Source: Myxococcota bacterium (lineage in GTDB: Bacteria > Myxococcota_A > UBA796 > UBA2385). Taken from it: 64,000 nt of DNA. This document shows positions 12,851-20,677 of this stretch, piece after piece. How positions within the stretch are numbered: position 1 is the first letter of the stretch; each line of letters begins with the position of its first letter. A model generated the notes under the pieces. The model ran no database searches, was not told where the DNA came from, and worked only from the letters and a program-made list of their open reading frames with translations. The stretch lies in the NCBI GenBank assembly GCA_044344255.1, contig JBIJDH010000017.1, positions 119,728 to 183,727 of the forward strand. Direction: 5' to 3'. The translations under genes were made by a program, and so were the position numbers.

Positions 12851-14221
12851 TCAGTCCTTGACGACGTCCTGTTGCAGGGCGGGCTCGCGCGCGCCCGGCG
12901 CCACCACCAAGGCGGTCATCACCGCGCCCGAGGCCTCCGCGGAGAGCAGCACCGCTTCGGCGCTGGGCTTGCCGTCGGCGAACGAGACGAGACCGTCGTC
13001 GGTCACGAAGAGCAGGTCGAGCGCGCCGTCGCGATCGAGATCGGCGAAGGCCACCCCGCGCGCGCCGCGGGTGGGGAAACGCACCACGTCGTCGTTGTGA
13101 AAGCCGTGGCCAAAGCCGTAGTACAGCAGCGACTCTCCCTCCGGCCGGCCATCGGCGCCGACCGCCGCTGCGAAGGCGAGGTCCAGGTGGCCGTCCTGAT
13201 CGAGGTCGCCGGCGGCCACCGCCACGGCACCGAGGGTCGGCAGGTCCCAGACCTCCTCGTCGGTGAGCCCGGCGGCGCCGCCCCAGTACACGCGCGCCTG
13301 ACAGGTCGTGCCAGCGCACCCGTTGGTGACGACGAGGTCATCGAAGCCGTCGGCGTCGAGGTCGGCCATCCGTGCGGCCCGGACCTGGGCGGTCGCCAGC
13401 TCGGCGGTGACCGTCAACTCGCGATCCGCCCCGGCCCGCACGAGCGGGCTCACCGGCGTGGAGGAGCTGAAGTTACCGAAGAAGGCCTCAACGCTGCCAT
13501 CCCCGTCGACGTCACCCGCGGCGGCCGCGGCGGCGGCGCGGGTCTCGACGATCGAGACGCGGGTCTCCGTGAAGCCCTCCGGGTTCGCCCAGAACACGAC
13601 GGAGTCGGCCGACGAGCCGGAGCTGAGCCCATCGGGGCCCGCGTTGGCGAAGAGGAGGTCGAGGAGCCCGTCCCCGTCGAGGTCAGCCGCGGTGACCGCC
13701 GAGGCGCCGAGGGTGCCGAGGGGGACCCGCGCCGAGACCGGGTTGCCGTTGAAGGAGCCCGGGTAGAAGGCGGAGTCTACCTGCCGCTCGCCGTCGCTGC
13801 CCCCGGAGGCGAGGGCGAGGTCGAGGTACCCGTCGCCGTTCCAGTCGAAGATCTCCGCAGCCGCGCCGCCCACAGAGGGCAGCGAGGACACCTCGAGCCC
13901 ATCCTCGCTGCCCAAGAGGAGCAACGAGCCGCCGGAGGGATCCCCAGCGACCGAAGAGGCCGCCACGACGAGGTCCGGCCAGGCGTCGCAGCCAAGATCG
14001 ACGCAGGCGTCCTGCCCATCGCAGTCGCGATCGACACCATCGCCCGGGATCTCGAGCTGGTGCGAGCCGGGGAAGGTGGCCGAGTCGTGGTCATCGCAGT
14101 CGATGGCCTCCGACCAGCCGTCACCGTCGGCGTCCACGAGCCCACCGGCGCAGCCCTGGGCTGAACAGAGCGCGATGATCGTGAAGAAGCGTGAGGTGCG
14201 GCGGAGGCGGGTCCAGGGCAT
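12851..14221 (-). CDS. Lipoprotein with one MopE-type motif and FG-GAP repeats
   Basis: Leader ending AQGC; DADGDG..DCDD..PG..E.PGDGVDRDCDG; repeated (A/G)DLD.DG..DL motifs. Confidence 0.8.
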   Translation of the reverse strand: MPWTRLRRTSRFFTIIALCSAQGCAGGLVDADGDGWSEAIDCDDHDSATFPGSHQLEIPGDGVDRDCDGQDACVDLGCDAWPDLVVAASSVAGDPSGGSLLLLGSEDGLEVSSLPSVGGAAAEIFDWNGDGYLDLALASGGSDGERQVDSAFYPGSFNGNPVSARVPLGTLGASAVTAADLDGDGLLDLLFANAGPDGLSSGSSADSVVFWANPEGFTETRVSIVETRAAAAAAAGDVDGDGSVEAFFGNFSSSTPVSPLVRAGADRELTVTAELATAQVRAARMADLDADGFDDLVVTNGCAGTTCQARVYWGGAAGLTDEEVWDLPTLGAVAVAAGDLDQDGHLDLAFAAAVGADGRPEGESLLYYGFGHGFHNDDVVRFPTRGARGVAFADLDRDGALDLLFVTDDGLVSFADGKPSAEAVLLSAEASGAVMTALVVAPGAREPALQQDVVKD

Positions 14222-14243
14222 CGGGCCAGGATAACCGGCGCGG

Positions 14244-15362
14244 GTGCCGCCGCCGCGCCCCACTGCTGCCTCGCCCGCCGCCGCTACCCCCGTCGCTGCC
14301 CCGCCTCTCCTGCTCCGCGGAGCCGTGGCGGGATGCCTCGGGCTATTGGGCATGCTGCTGGCGCTGCTCCTCGCGGCGCGGATCGTGGTGGCCGCGTCCG
14401 CCCCCCTCGTCGTGCTGACCGCGGGCCTCCCTTGGCTGGGGCTGATGATCTGGGCGGCCTCCTTGTTGCTGCTGTTGGTCGGCCACCGCCACCGCGTCGC
14501 AGCGCTGCCCGCCCTCTTCATCGGCGCCCTCTGGGGCCTCGTCTGGGGTCGGGCCTGGTTCGCGCGACCCGAGTCCGGCGAGGGGCAGGCCATCACCGTC
14601 CTCAGCTGGAACGTCCAACGCCTGCAGTTCGAAGACGAGGATGACTCCCCGGCCCTCCGCTGCGTCTCCGAGGCCGTGCTCGCCGAAGACCCCGACGCCG
14701 TTGTCTTCCTCGAGGTGAGCCGCCGCGACGTGGACCGCCTCGCGGCGCGCCTCGGCCTCACCTGCGAGCACACCGACTACCACGGCACCGGTGACACGGG
14801 CTTCGGCGGCCTCGCCGCCTGCGGGCGCGGCGACCGCTGGACCCTCCGAGAGCGGAGCGCGCGCCGCTACGTGCCGGAGATCGACTGGTACTACGTCTTC
14901 GCCGAGCTCGTGCAGGGAGACCAGGTCTTCAACCTCATCGCGGTCCACCTTCAGCCCTACCACTTGTCCATGGAGGCCACCCTCTCGGTAGACGACCGCG
15001 GCCGCCGCATCACCGGCGCCCAGCATCGAGAGACCGCCTCCCTCCTCGGCAGGGTCGAGGCCCTCAAGGACCCGACCATCGTCACCGGTGACTTCAACAG
15101 CGTCCGCGACGCGGCCCTCCACCAGCAGCTCCGCGGCCACCTCCAGGACACGTGGGAGCAGGCCGCTTGGGGTCCGGGATGGACCGCCCATGCGATGTCC
15201 GCGATCCCCCTGCGGATCGACTACACCTACGTCACCCCCACCGTAGCCGTAGCTGCGGCGCGGATCCCGGAGGTGAACTGTTCAGATCACCGTCCGGTGG
15301 TGTCGCGCCTCATCCTCCGCGGAGCGAGGCCCTCCGACGGACCGTCCACGCCGCCAAAGTGA
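14244..15362 (+). CDS. Membrane-anchored endonuclease/exonuclease/phosphatase (EEP) family protein
   Basis: Three N-terminal TM segments, then SWNV, FLEV, GDFN, RIDY, SDH motifs. Confidence 0.88.
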   Translation: MPPPRPTAASPAAATPVAAPPLLLRGAVAGCLGLLGMLLALLLAARIVVAASAPLVVLTAGLPWLGLMIWAASLLLLLVGHRHRVAALPALFIGALWGLVWGRAWFARPESGEGQAITVLSWNVQRLQFEDEDDSPALRCVSEAVLAEDPDAVVFLEVSRRDVDRLAARLGLTCEHTDYHGTGDTGFGGLAACGRGDRWTLRERSARRYVPEIDWYYVFAELVQGDQVFNLIAVHLQPYHLSMEATLSVDDRGRRITGAQHRETASLLGRVEALKDPTIVTGDFNSVRDAALHQQLRGHLQDTWEQAAWGPGWTAHAMSAIPLRIDYTYVTPTVAVAAARIPEVNCSDHRPVVSRLILRGARPSDGPSTPPK

Positions 15363-15768
15363 AGCCGACCAAGGCCATCGACCATCTCGGCGGGCGCGGG
15401 ACCACGCTGACACAGCCGTACTGCGGCGTCACGATATCGCAGAAGGCGAGGCCACCCGGGTTCGGGTCGTCTCCGAGCGCGAGCTCGTCTACGTCGAGGG
15501 TGCCGTCCGCGTCCGAGTCGACCTCGTCAGTGGTCATCTGATCGACGGCCGCCGCGAGGGAGGCGCTGTCCGAGCCGCCGCCCAGGCCGCGGGCCATCAT
15601 CGCCTTGCCAAAGTCCATGGTGACCGTACCGCCACCGCCGGAATTCGTGGCGTGGCAGACCGTACACTGCGGAGTACAGGCGCCGCCCACGTTCGACTGG
15701 AGGGCGTCGGGGTAAGGGAAGGATGCCCAGGCGGCGGAGAGGAGCCCTGTGAGCAGGAGGGGGATCAT
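15310..15768 (-). CDS. Small secreted monoheme c-type cytochrome-like protein with MYXO-CTERM-like C-terminal anchor
   Basis: Signal peptide (AWA), CTVCH, DSDADG..DVDEL..GDDPN Ca-binding-type motif, C-terminal YGC + hydrophobic stretch + RRR. Confidence 0.65.
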   Translation of the reverse strand: MIPLLLTGLLSAAWASFPYPDALQSNVGGACTPQCTVCHATNSGGGGTVTMDFGKAMMARGLGGGSDSASLAAAVDQMTTDEVDSDADGTLDVDELALGDDPNPGGLAFCDIVTPQYGCVSVVPRPPRWSMALVGFTLAAWTVRRRASLRGG

Positions 15769-15777
15769 GGGGACCGC

Positions 15778-17025
15778 CTACAGGTAGAAGTGGGCTTGGA
15801 GAAGGCCATACGGGGTCGCCTTCTCACCCTGGGTGCAGTACAGCATCCCCTGCGCGACATCGGCGCGCAGATCGACCCGCGGCGCGAAGAACCACTGCGC
15901 CCCGAGTCCGCCGGTCCACGCAGGCGCGGCGGAGGAGGAGAGGTCGCTGTCGCAATACTGGCCGATGCCCTGCACATGCAGGCCCTGAAGCGGCTCGTAG
16001 TCGAGGATGCCCATACCGGTCAGCCCGTTGAGCTTGTCGCCGTCCTGATCGTCGATCATGAAGTCGGCCTCGGCCATGATGGCGAGGGGTTGCACCGGCG
16101 CAGCGCGGACGAACACGCCCTCCGAGATGAAGGTGCGCGGCGCCAACGTGTCGGTGTCGAGCTTGGACATGGTGAAGAGGCTCGACGCCCCCACCTCCAG
16201 CGTCTTGCTCACCGAGTAGGCCCCATAAGCCGAGTAGCCGCGCTTTCGGAAGTCGTCCGGGCTCACCTGGAAGTTGCCGGCGATGCCCATCACCTCCGCC
16301 CGCACCTTCCGGGTCTGGTAGACGAAGGAGGCGCCGACCTGCTGATCGTCATTGATGGTCGTGCCCGTGGCTGCCCGCGGGTACAGGATGTGATCCTCCG
16401 TTCGGATGCCAAAGGGGAGGTTCATCCGCCCAGCGCGCACCCCAATCGAGCGGGTGGGGTTGTAGCCGACCCAATACTCCCGCGCGACGAGGTTCCAGCC
16501 GGCGTCGTTGCTCGTGATCCAGGCCTCCTCCGCGCCTTCGCTCACGCCGCCCAGGCTCCCCGAGGCGAGGAACTTGCCGATTTGCACCGCCGCCCGCATG
16601 TCGGCCTGCATGACGATGAAGCGCAGGTTCCCAGGCTCGGGGATCAAGAGCGCCCGTACGTCTGGCTGAAGCTCTACCTTGTCTCCCAGGGGCAGCGCGC
16701 CGAAGAGGAAGGAGCTCACCTTCTCGGGGCTCGGGTTCGGCTCACCGTACTGCATGCGGAGCAGGATCTCGCCCTGCGCGCGCCCGTAATCCGTGAGGAT
16801 GCCGGAGCCAGAGGGGTCGATGTGGCACTGGGCGCAGGCGGTGTAACCGTGGTGAATCATCCACGGGTAGGCCTCGGCCGGCCGGGGCGCCCCCAGCCCG
16901 ACCAGCACCACCGCGGCCGTGAGGAGCGCGGAGGCCGTGTTCAGGCTGGACGAAGCGGCAGCGCTCAGGCGGGACGGGGCGCCAGGAGTAGCGCGGGGCG
17001 TACGTTCAGGGGGCATCGACCACAT
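15778..17025 (-). CDS. Predicted outer-membrane beta-barrel with N-terminal CxxCH heme motif (Cyc2-like architecture)
   Basis: Signal ending AEA, then YPWMIHHGYTACAQCH..LTDYGR; RAGRMNLPFG porin-like motif; alternating beta strands; C-terminal QAHFYL. Confidence 0.7.
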   Translation of the reverse strand: MWSMPPERTPRATPGAPSRLSAAASSSLNTASALLTAAVVLVGLGAPRPAEAYPWMIHHGYTACAQCHIDPSGSGILTDYGRAQGEILLRMQYGEPNPSPEKVSSFLFGALPLGDKVELQPDVRALLIPEPGNLRFIVMQADMRAAVQIGKFLASGSLGGVSEGAEEAWITSNDAGWNLVAREYWVGYNPTRSIGVRAGRMNLPFGIRTEDHILYPRAATGTTINDDQQVGASFVYQTRKVRAEVMGIAGNFQVSPDDFRKRGYSAYGAYSVSKTLEVGASSLFTMSKLDTDTLAPRTFISEGVFVRAAPVQPLAIMAEADFMIDDQDGDKLNGLTGMGILDYEPLQGLHVQGIGQYCDSDLSSSAAPAWTGGLGAQWFFAPRVDLRADVAQGMLYCTQGEKATPYGLLQAHFYL

Positions 17026-17584
17026 CCATGCTGACCTCAGCGCGCATCTTGGGGTCCACGGTGACCCCGAGGTAGGAGGGGATCACAAGGTTGGATTTCG
17101 CACAATCGAAGTTGAACTTTCCGGTGATCTTGAAGCCGGTCTTCGACTTCTCGATGACGTAGTCAACCTTCACGGCCTGCGGGACGCCGTGAATGTTGAA
17201 GTCGGCGTCCGCCTTGCCCTTCGTCTTCGCCCCGACCTCGGTGGGCCAGGTGAGGTTGGCGCGCTGCGCGGTCAGGACCGCGTTGGGGAACTGAGCAACC
17301 TGGACGTACTCATTATTCATGTGATCGTCGCGGAGGTCGATCCCCGTCTTCACGGTGGTCATCGGAACGGAGAACACCAGCTTGGTGCCGTCGTCTGCCA
17401 CCGAGACAGTGCTCGTGACCCCCTCGATGTCGAGGAAACCAGGGCTACCGGTGGCGAAGAAGCTGACCTTCGGCTTTCCTTCCACCTTCAACGCCGCATC
17501 TGCAACCGAGGAGGTCACGGCCAGCGACAGCAAAGAGAGGGACAGCAGCGTGGTGGCCAGGGCGGAGCGGGGATTGAGCGACAT
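17006..17584 (-). CDS. YceI family periplasmic lipid/polyisoprenoid-binding protein
   Basis: Signal peptide; KTGIDLRDDHM, QFPNA, FNIHGV motifs; start at the ATG of MSLNPRS. Confidence 0.88.
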   Translation of the reverse strand: MSLNPRSALATTLLSLSLLSLAVTSSVADAALKVEGKPKVSFFATGSPGFLDIEGVTSTVSVADDGTKLVFSVPMTTVKTGIDLRDDHMNNEYVQVAQFPNAVLTAQRANLTWPTEVGAKTKGKADADFNIHGVPQAVKVDYVIEKSKTGFKITGKFNFDCAKSNLVIPSYLGVTVDPKMRAEVSMDVVDAP

Positions 17585-17722
17585 CAGCACCTCCGAGGGC
17601 CCGGCGGCGGATGCCGTCTGGTGCCCGCTTGCATAACGCCTCGACCCGGGCGCCGCTTCACCGGTGCGGGGTCCCGACCCGGGCCGACGGGGCGGGCCCG
17701 CCACCAAATAAAAATCCTTAAA

Positions 17723-17751
17723 CCTATATGATTCTCCGTTTATTATATGGG
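17723..17751. promoter_or_regulatory. AT-rich imperfect inverted repeat, candidate regulator or enhancer site
   Basis: CCTATATGAT-N9-ATTATATGGG (8/10 complementary) inside an AT-rich island between divergent operons. Confidence 0.45.
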
Positions 17752-17890
17752 CCTTAGGCATTCGCACCCGCCCTGGCGCCCCCCGGCGGGCCGGCACCCT
17801 AACGGACGGCGCAGCCCTCACGTTGGGGCATTTCGAACCCGGCGATTGGTTCTTCTCGCACAGCCCCCACGCGTCTTGCCGCTGCCACCT

Positions 17891-17906
17891 TGGCACGAGC
17901 CTTGCA
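17891..17906 (+). promoter_or_regulatory. Sigma54 (RpoN) -24/-12 promoter of the sqr operon
   Basis: TGGCAC-GAGCC-TTGCA, an exact match to TGGCAC-N5-TTGCW, 47 nt upstream of the sqr ATG. Confidence 0.8.
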
Positions 17907-17953
17907 TTCGTTGCGGTCTCCGAAGTGCCTGCCTTGACCGACGGAGCTCACCC

Positions 17954-19183
17954 ATGAAGAACCTCTTGATCCTCGGCGCCGGGACGGCCGGGACGATGAT
18001 GGCGGCCCGCCTGCGCCGCGTCCTCGCCCCGCGCGACTGGGCCATCACGCTGGTGGACCGAGACGATCTCCACGTCTACCAGCCCGGGCTGCTCTTCCTC
18101 CCCTTCGGCACCTCCAAGGAGGAGGACATCGTCCGCCCGCGGAGCCGGGTCCTGCCGGAGGGGGTCGAGCTCTGCCTGGGGGAGCTCGACCGCATCCTCC
18201 CCGACGCGCGGCGGGTGCACCTCCAAGACGGTCGGGCCCTGACCTACGATCTGCTGATCATCGCCACGGGCGTCGAGATCGATCCCTCGGCCACCGAGGG
18301 CCTCGACGGGGAGGGCTGGCGGAGCCGGATGTGCGACTTCTACACCCTCGAGGGCGCCCGGGCCCTCGCGCGCTCCCTCGCCGCCTTCAAGGGGGGCCGA
18401 CTCGTCGTCAACGTCGCCGAGATGCCGATCAAGTGCCCGGTGGCGCCGCTCGAGTTCCTCTTCCTCGCCGACGCCTACTTCACCGAGCGCGGCCTCCGCG
18501 GCGCGGTGGAGATCGTCTACGCCACCCCGCTCGAGGGGGCCTTCACCAAGCCCCGGGCCAGCGCGGCGCTCGGGGGGATGCTCCAGGCCCGCAACATCCT
18601 CGTCGAGGCGGAGTGGAGCGCCTCCTCCGCCGACGGCTCCGCGGGCGTCCTCCGCAGCCATGACGGCCGCGCCCTCGACTTCGACCTGCTCGTCTCCGTG
18701 CCGGTCCACCGCGGGGCCGCCGCGATCACCCGCTCGGGCCTCGGCGACCCCATGGGCTTCGTGCCCACCGACAAGCACACGCTGCAGACCCTCGCCCACC
18801 CCGACATCTTCGCGCTCGGTGACTGCACGAACCTGCCATCCTCGAAGGCGGGCGCGGTGGCGCACTTCCAGAGCGAGGTGCTGGTCGAGAACGTGGTGCG
18901 CTACCTCGCCGGGCAGGACCTCCTCCCCGCCTTTGATGGGCACGCCAACTGCTTCATCGAGACTGGCTTCGGAAAGGCGATGCTGATTGACTTCAACTAC
19001 CAGACCGAGCCCCTGCCCGGCCGTTTCCCGCTCCCGGGCGTCGGCCCTTTTACCCTCCTCGAAGAGTCTCACATCAACCACTGGGGCAAGCTCGCCTTTC
19101 GGTGGGTCTACTGGAACCTCCTCCTCCGCGGCGAGGAGCTGCCCCTGGATCACCGGATGCTGATGGCCGGGAAGTGGAGCTGA
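17954..19183 (+). CDS. sqr: Sulfide:quinone oxidoreductase-like FAD-dependent oxidoreductase (type III-like)
   Basis: ILGAGTAG FAD site, YQPGLLF, IKCPVAPLE, ALGD, KAGAVAH, FDGHANCF (two catalytic-type Cys); RBS GGAG upstream. Confidence 0.85.
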   Translation: MKNLLILGAGTAGTMMAARLRRVLAPRDWAITLVDRDDLHVYQPGLLFLPFGTSKEEDIVRPRSRVLPEGVELCLGELDRILPDARRVHLQDGRALTYDLLIIATGVEIDPSATEGLDGEGWRSRMCDFYTLEGARALARSLAAFKGGRLVVNVAEMPIKCPVAPLEFLFLADAYFTERGLRGAVEIVYATPLEGAFTKPRASAALGGMLQARNILVEAEWSASSADGSAGVLRSHDGRALDFDLLVSVPVHRGAAAITRSGLGDPMGFVPTDKHTLQTLAHPDIFALGDCTNLPSSKAGAVAHFQSEVLVENVVRYLAGQDLLPAFDGHANCFIETGFGKAMLIDFNYQTEPLPGRFPLPGVGPFTLLEESHINHWGKLAFRWVYWNLLLRGEELPLDHRMLMAGKWS

Positions 19184-19184
19184 G

Positions 19185-20162
19185 ATGCCTGATCTCTCGT
19201 TGTCTGATCCTTCCTTGCACGAGAAGCTCGACCAGATCTCGCGCGACCTCGCCTACCTGGCGGAGCGCCAGCGGCGGGTCGAAGAATTCATCACCGAGAT
19301 GCAGCCGATCGCCCGGGAGGTGATGGGGGTGGCCACCACCCGCCTCGCCGACCTCGAGACCCGGGGGTACTTCCGCTTCGGCGACGCGGCGCTCTCGGTG
19401 GCAGACCGGGTCGTCGCCCAGACCGACGCCGCGGCCCTCGACGCCCTCGTAGACAACGTAGGCGTGCTGCTCGAGACCGTGCGCGCGCTCACCGATCCCG
19501 CCCTCCTCCGCATCGCCGTCGAGGCGGGAGACGTGGTGCATCGGCGCGATGAGCTCGAGCCCCTCGGCGTCATCGGCATGGTGCGCGCCGCAGGGGACCC
19601 GGAGGTCCAGCGCGGCCTCGCGGTGCTGATGGAGCTCACCCGGCACCTCGGCCGCGCCGCCGACACCCTCCACGGGCGGAGGGCACCGGCCGCGCCGCGC
19701 GCCGTCGCCTCCGCGAGCGGCGCGCCCGTGGTCAGCAAGCCCGCACGGAGCGTCCCCGATGCCCCGGCGGCCGGCAAGGCCAGCACCCCGGGGACCGCGA
19801 GCTCCGGCCGCTACGCCCGCGCCAAGGCGACCGCGCCGGCCGCCGGCGGGGGAGGCGCCGAGACCGAGGTGGGAGGCGTCCGCTGGGCCGCCGACGGCTC
19901 CCTCGCCGATCCCGCCCAGTGGACACCGGAGATCGCGGAGGCCATCGCCGCCGCCTCCGGCGTCTCGCTCACCGAGGAGCACCAGCGTCTGATCCGCTTC
20001 GCGCGGGAAGAGTGGACCCGGACCGGCCAGTCCCCCAACATTCGACGGATGACCACCGGCGCCCAGATCACGACGAAGGAGATCTACACGCTCTTCCCGA
20101 AGGCCCCTGGCCGCACGATCTCTCGCATCGCCGGCATCCCCAAGCCCGCCGGCTGCATTTGA
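19185..20162 (+). CDS. DUF1641-like domain fused to a C-terminal TusE/DsrC-family sulfur carrier
   Basis: GMVRAAGDPEVQRGL (DUF1641-like); Ala/Pro linker; WTPEIAEAIA..LTEEH..IYTLFP..RIAGIPKPAGCI C-terminus. Confidence 0.8.
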   Translation: MPDLSLSDPSLHEKLDQISRDLAYLAERQRRVEEFITEMQPIAREVMGVATTRLADLETRGYFRFGDAALSVADRVVAQTDAAALDALVDNVGVLLETVRALTDPALLRIAVEAGDVVHRRDELEPLGVIGMVRAAGDPEVQRGLAVLMELTRHLGRAADTLHGRRAPAAPRAVASASGAPVVSKPARSVPDAPAAGKASTPGTASSGRYARAKATAPAAGGGGAETEVGGVRWAADGSLADPAQWTPEIAEAIAAASGVSLTEEHQRLIRFAREEWTRTGQSPNIRRMTTGAQITTKEIYTLFPKAPGRTISRIAGIPKPAGCI

Positions 20163-20180
20163 ACCTGAACGGAGAAGCCT

Positions 20181-20648
20181 ATGTCTGAGTCCAACCGGCG
20201 TGTCGCCATCATCTGCTCCCACGGCGGCCTCGACGAGGCCTACCCCGCCCTCATCCTCGCCAACGCGGCCCGCCAGTCGGGCATCGACGCCTTCGTCTTC
20301 TTCACCTTCTGGGGCCTCGACGTGATCACCACCAGCAAGGTGGACAACCTCCACGTCAACATGGCGGGCAACCCCGCGATCCCGCTGCCGACGGTCCTCA
20401 CCGGGCTGCCCGGCATGGAGAGCTTCGCCGCCACGATGATGAAGAAGAAGATGGAGGAGCTTGACCTCCCCACCGCCCGCGAGATGCTCCGCACCCTTGA
20501 CGAGGCCGGCGCGGAGCTCTACGCCTGCGAGCTGGCGATGAAGATGTTCGGCCGCACCAAGGCCGACCTCCTGCCCGAGGTGCGCGACATCATCACCGCC
20601 GGCGACTTCTACGATCTCGCCGAGGGCGCCCAGATCATCTTCACCTGA
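20181..20648 (+). CDS. DsrE2-like (DsrE/DsrF/DrsH family) sulfur transferase
   Basis: AYPALILANAA, FFTFWGL, LYACELAM motifs. Confidence 0.88.
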   Translation: MSESNRRVAIICSHGGLDEAYPALILANAARQSGIDAFVFFTFWGLDVITTSKVDNLHVNMAGNPAIPLPTVLTGLPGMESFAATMMKKKMEELDLPTAREMLRTLDEAGAELYACELAMKMFGRTKADLLPEVRDIITAGDFYDLAEGAQIIFT

Positions 20649-20677
20649 TCATCTTCCCCTGAGCGCCATCCCCGGCC

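Noticed and set aside
17619..17633. Second sigma54-like motif TGGTGCCCGCTTGCA
   Set aside because: GG-to-GC spacing is 9 rather than the required 10, and it points away from yceI
19185..20648. Dissimilatory (Dsr) sulfur metabolism
   Set aside because: The DsrC-like domain lacks the second Cys, and there is no dsrAB or dsrMK in the window
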